Source: an uncultured Candidatus Saccharibacteria bacterium
Lineage (GTDB): Bacteria > Patescibacteriota > SOKK01
Assembly: GCA_964518965.1 (NCBI GenBank)
Contig: CAZFJP010000001.1
Span: forward strand, 1-51,615
Direction of reading: 5' to 3'
DNA: 51,615 bases
The notes beneath the pieces were generated by a model that saw only the letters and a list, made by a program, of their open reading frames with translations, was not told the DNA's origin and made no database searches. The position numbers and the translations under genes are program-made. This document shows positions 50,563 to 51,615 of the stretch, piece after piece (the first letter of the stretch is position 1; every line of letters starts with the position of its first letter).

Positions 50563-50582
50563 GGGCAGGTCTTGTGCCTGCC
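50559..50582. repeat. GTAG-type REP overlapping the ferredoxin stop
   Basis: GTAG-GGGCAGGT-CTTGT-GCCTGCC. Confidence 0.65.
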
Positions 50583-50612
50583 TGCTTCGGAAGGGCCAAA
50601 ACGTCTTTTTTC

Positions 50613-50641
50613 TTGACAGAAAGGCGTTTTTTTGATATAAT
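50613..50641 (+). promoter_or_regulatory. Consensus sigma70 promoter with no downstream sense gene
   Basis: TTGACA-17-TATAAT with extended TG; near copy of the promoter at 3533. Confidence 0.8.
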
Positions 50642-50674
50642 TAAGTAACAGTCATTTTGAAATAAAAATTAAAA

Positions 50675-50705
50675 GAAAAAGGCCCACACACGTATGTGCA
50701 GGCCT
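50675..50705 (-). terminator. Terminator of the foreign-looking gene
   Basis: Minus strand AGGCCTGCACA-TACG-TGTGTGGGCCT-TTTT. Confidence 0.8.
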
Positions 50706-50722
50706 AAGATTCGGAGGGGTTG

Positions 50723-51514
50723 TCAGCGAAACATCGCCTTCACCCGGCCCAAGGAGGTCGGACTTATGGCAGAGTTGCTGGAACCCTTACTGTAGTAGAT
50801 GTCGTATCCGCCGACGGAGCCGGGAGCGGACCACAACAGAATGTTGTAGCCGCCGATGGCGCCGAGGGTAGGGCAACGTTCGCTGTCGCCGGTGTTAACT
50901 TCGGTGATCGGTTGTCTGGTAGACCAGGTTCCGCCGCTGCCGAAGCTTTCGAACAAGTCGGAGTTATTGCTCACGGCGAGGTAATCGCCGCTGAAACGTA
51001 ATCCTGAGGCAACCACGAAGCCGAGGTTGGTGATTTCCTGGGGGTTGGTATAAGGATACGGCGCCCAGAACTTTTTCCCGTCTTCGTAGTCAACCTGAAG
51101 TTCTTTGCCCACTGAACGCCAGGCACAGGTGATACCGGTGGGGTAATGCGGATTGCGGTTCCAGGCGGACATAGCACTGCCACGGGTCCAGTTAATTCCG
51201 TCGAGGGAAGTTATCGGCAGGACGTCATAGTCATCGCCGATGAGACCTTCCCTCTTGCCGGGATCGATGGTGGCACATCCGATGGTACCAAGGCCGTTAC
51301 AAGGTTGAGCTGTGGTAGACCAGTTGTAACCGCCAAGGTAGGCGTGTAGGTAGAGAAGGGAACTTCTTAACTTGTACATGTCGCCATTGGAGGCGATCGT
51401 TTGGGGGTAATCATCGCCCGTGGTATTGACACCGGGTGCCAGTGTCCGTGGCCCCCACTGCGTTGCTGACGCAGCGGTTACCAGACATAGCAAAAGATAA
51501 GCTACTTTACGCAT
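50723..51514 (-). CDS. Secreted PD40/beta-propeller-like protein with C-terminal PTSLGRVKAMFR motif
   Basis: Signal peptide; GVNTTGDD and EVNTGDSERCP...GGYDIYYS blades; TTGACT-17-TATAGT (51608-51580); AGGAGG SD; visibly GC-rich. Confidence 0.8.
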   Translation of the reverse strand: MRKVAYLLLCLVTAASATQWGPRTLAPGVNTTGDDYPQTIASNGDMYKLRSSLLYLHAYLGGYNWSTTAQPCNGLGTIGCATIDPGKREGLIGDDYDVLPITSLDGINWTRGSAMSAWNRNPHYPTGITCAWRSVGKELQVDYEDGKKFWAPYPYTNPQEITNLGFVVASGLRFSGDYLAVSNNSDLFESFGSGGTWSTRQPITEVNTGDSERCPTLGAIGGYNILLWSAPGSVGGYDIYYSKGSSNSAISPTSLGRVKAMFR

Positions 51515-51615
51515 GTATATCGCCTCCTACCACTTGGTGTGGTGGAAAAGGTTAAGTTGTCAACGAACGGAGAGAAGTCACTATATCACACTTCTATCCA
51601 AAAGTCAAGCTTTGA

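Noticed and set aside
50720-51001. Plus-strand 93-aa ORF downstream of the orphan promoter
   Set aside because: It is exactly antisense and in register with a GC-rich real gene and has no motif; an upstream GGAGG overlaps the TTG too closely. Not fully excluded.

Overview
This is a core chromosomal segment of a low-GC bacterium using genetic code 11; the gene order and lean content suggest Patescibacteria/CPR (inference). It encodes tRNA-fMet, tRNA-Met, iscS-rpmF-nusB-rnc, smc, gyrBA, a Kef-type antiporter, the AmmeMemoRadiSam trio, rpsA-suhB-infB-rbfA-nrnA-recO-alr-glyQS, an Ig-like/C39 surface protein, mraZ-rsmH-ftsL-ftsI-murF, a frameshifted prfB, ftsE without ftsX, priA, recG, tRNA-Leu, a CAP protein, trxAB, gdhA and a ferredoxin. 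No CRISPR, transposase or integrase was seen. Most of the unusual signal lies between or inside genes. (1) Tiny palindromic elements have inserted into two extra 5' copies of tRNA-Leu and in-frame into a protein. (2) A ~280-nt structured RNA candidate is bounded by a promoter and a terminator. (3) Self-contained ORFan islets carry a promoter, often a boxA-like motif, a strong SD and a terminator; one encodes an apparently foreign secreted protein with a PTSLGRVKAMFR tail. (4) Polarised inverted heptamer arrays sit at many gene junctions. (5) SMC lacks a recognisable hinge and PriA has degenerate helicase motifs. All calls are by eye; no searches or folding programs were run.
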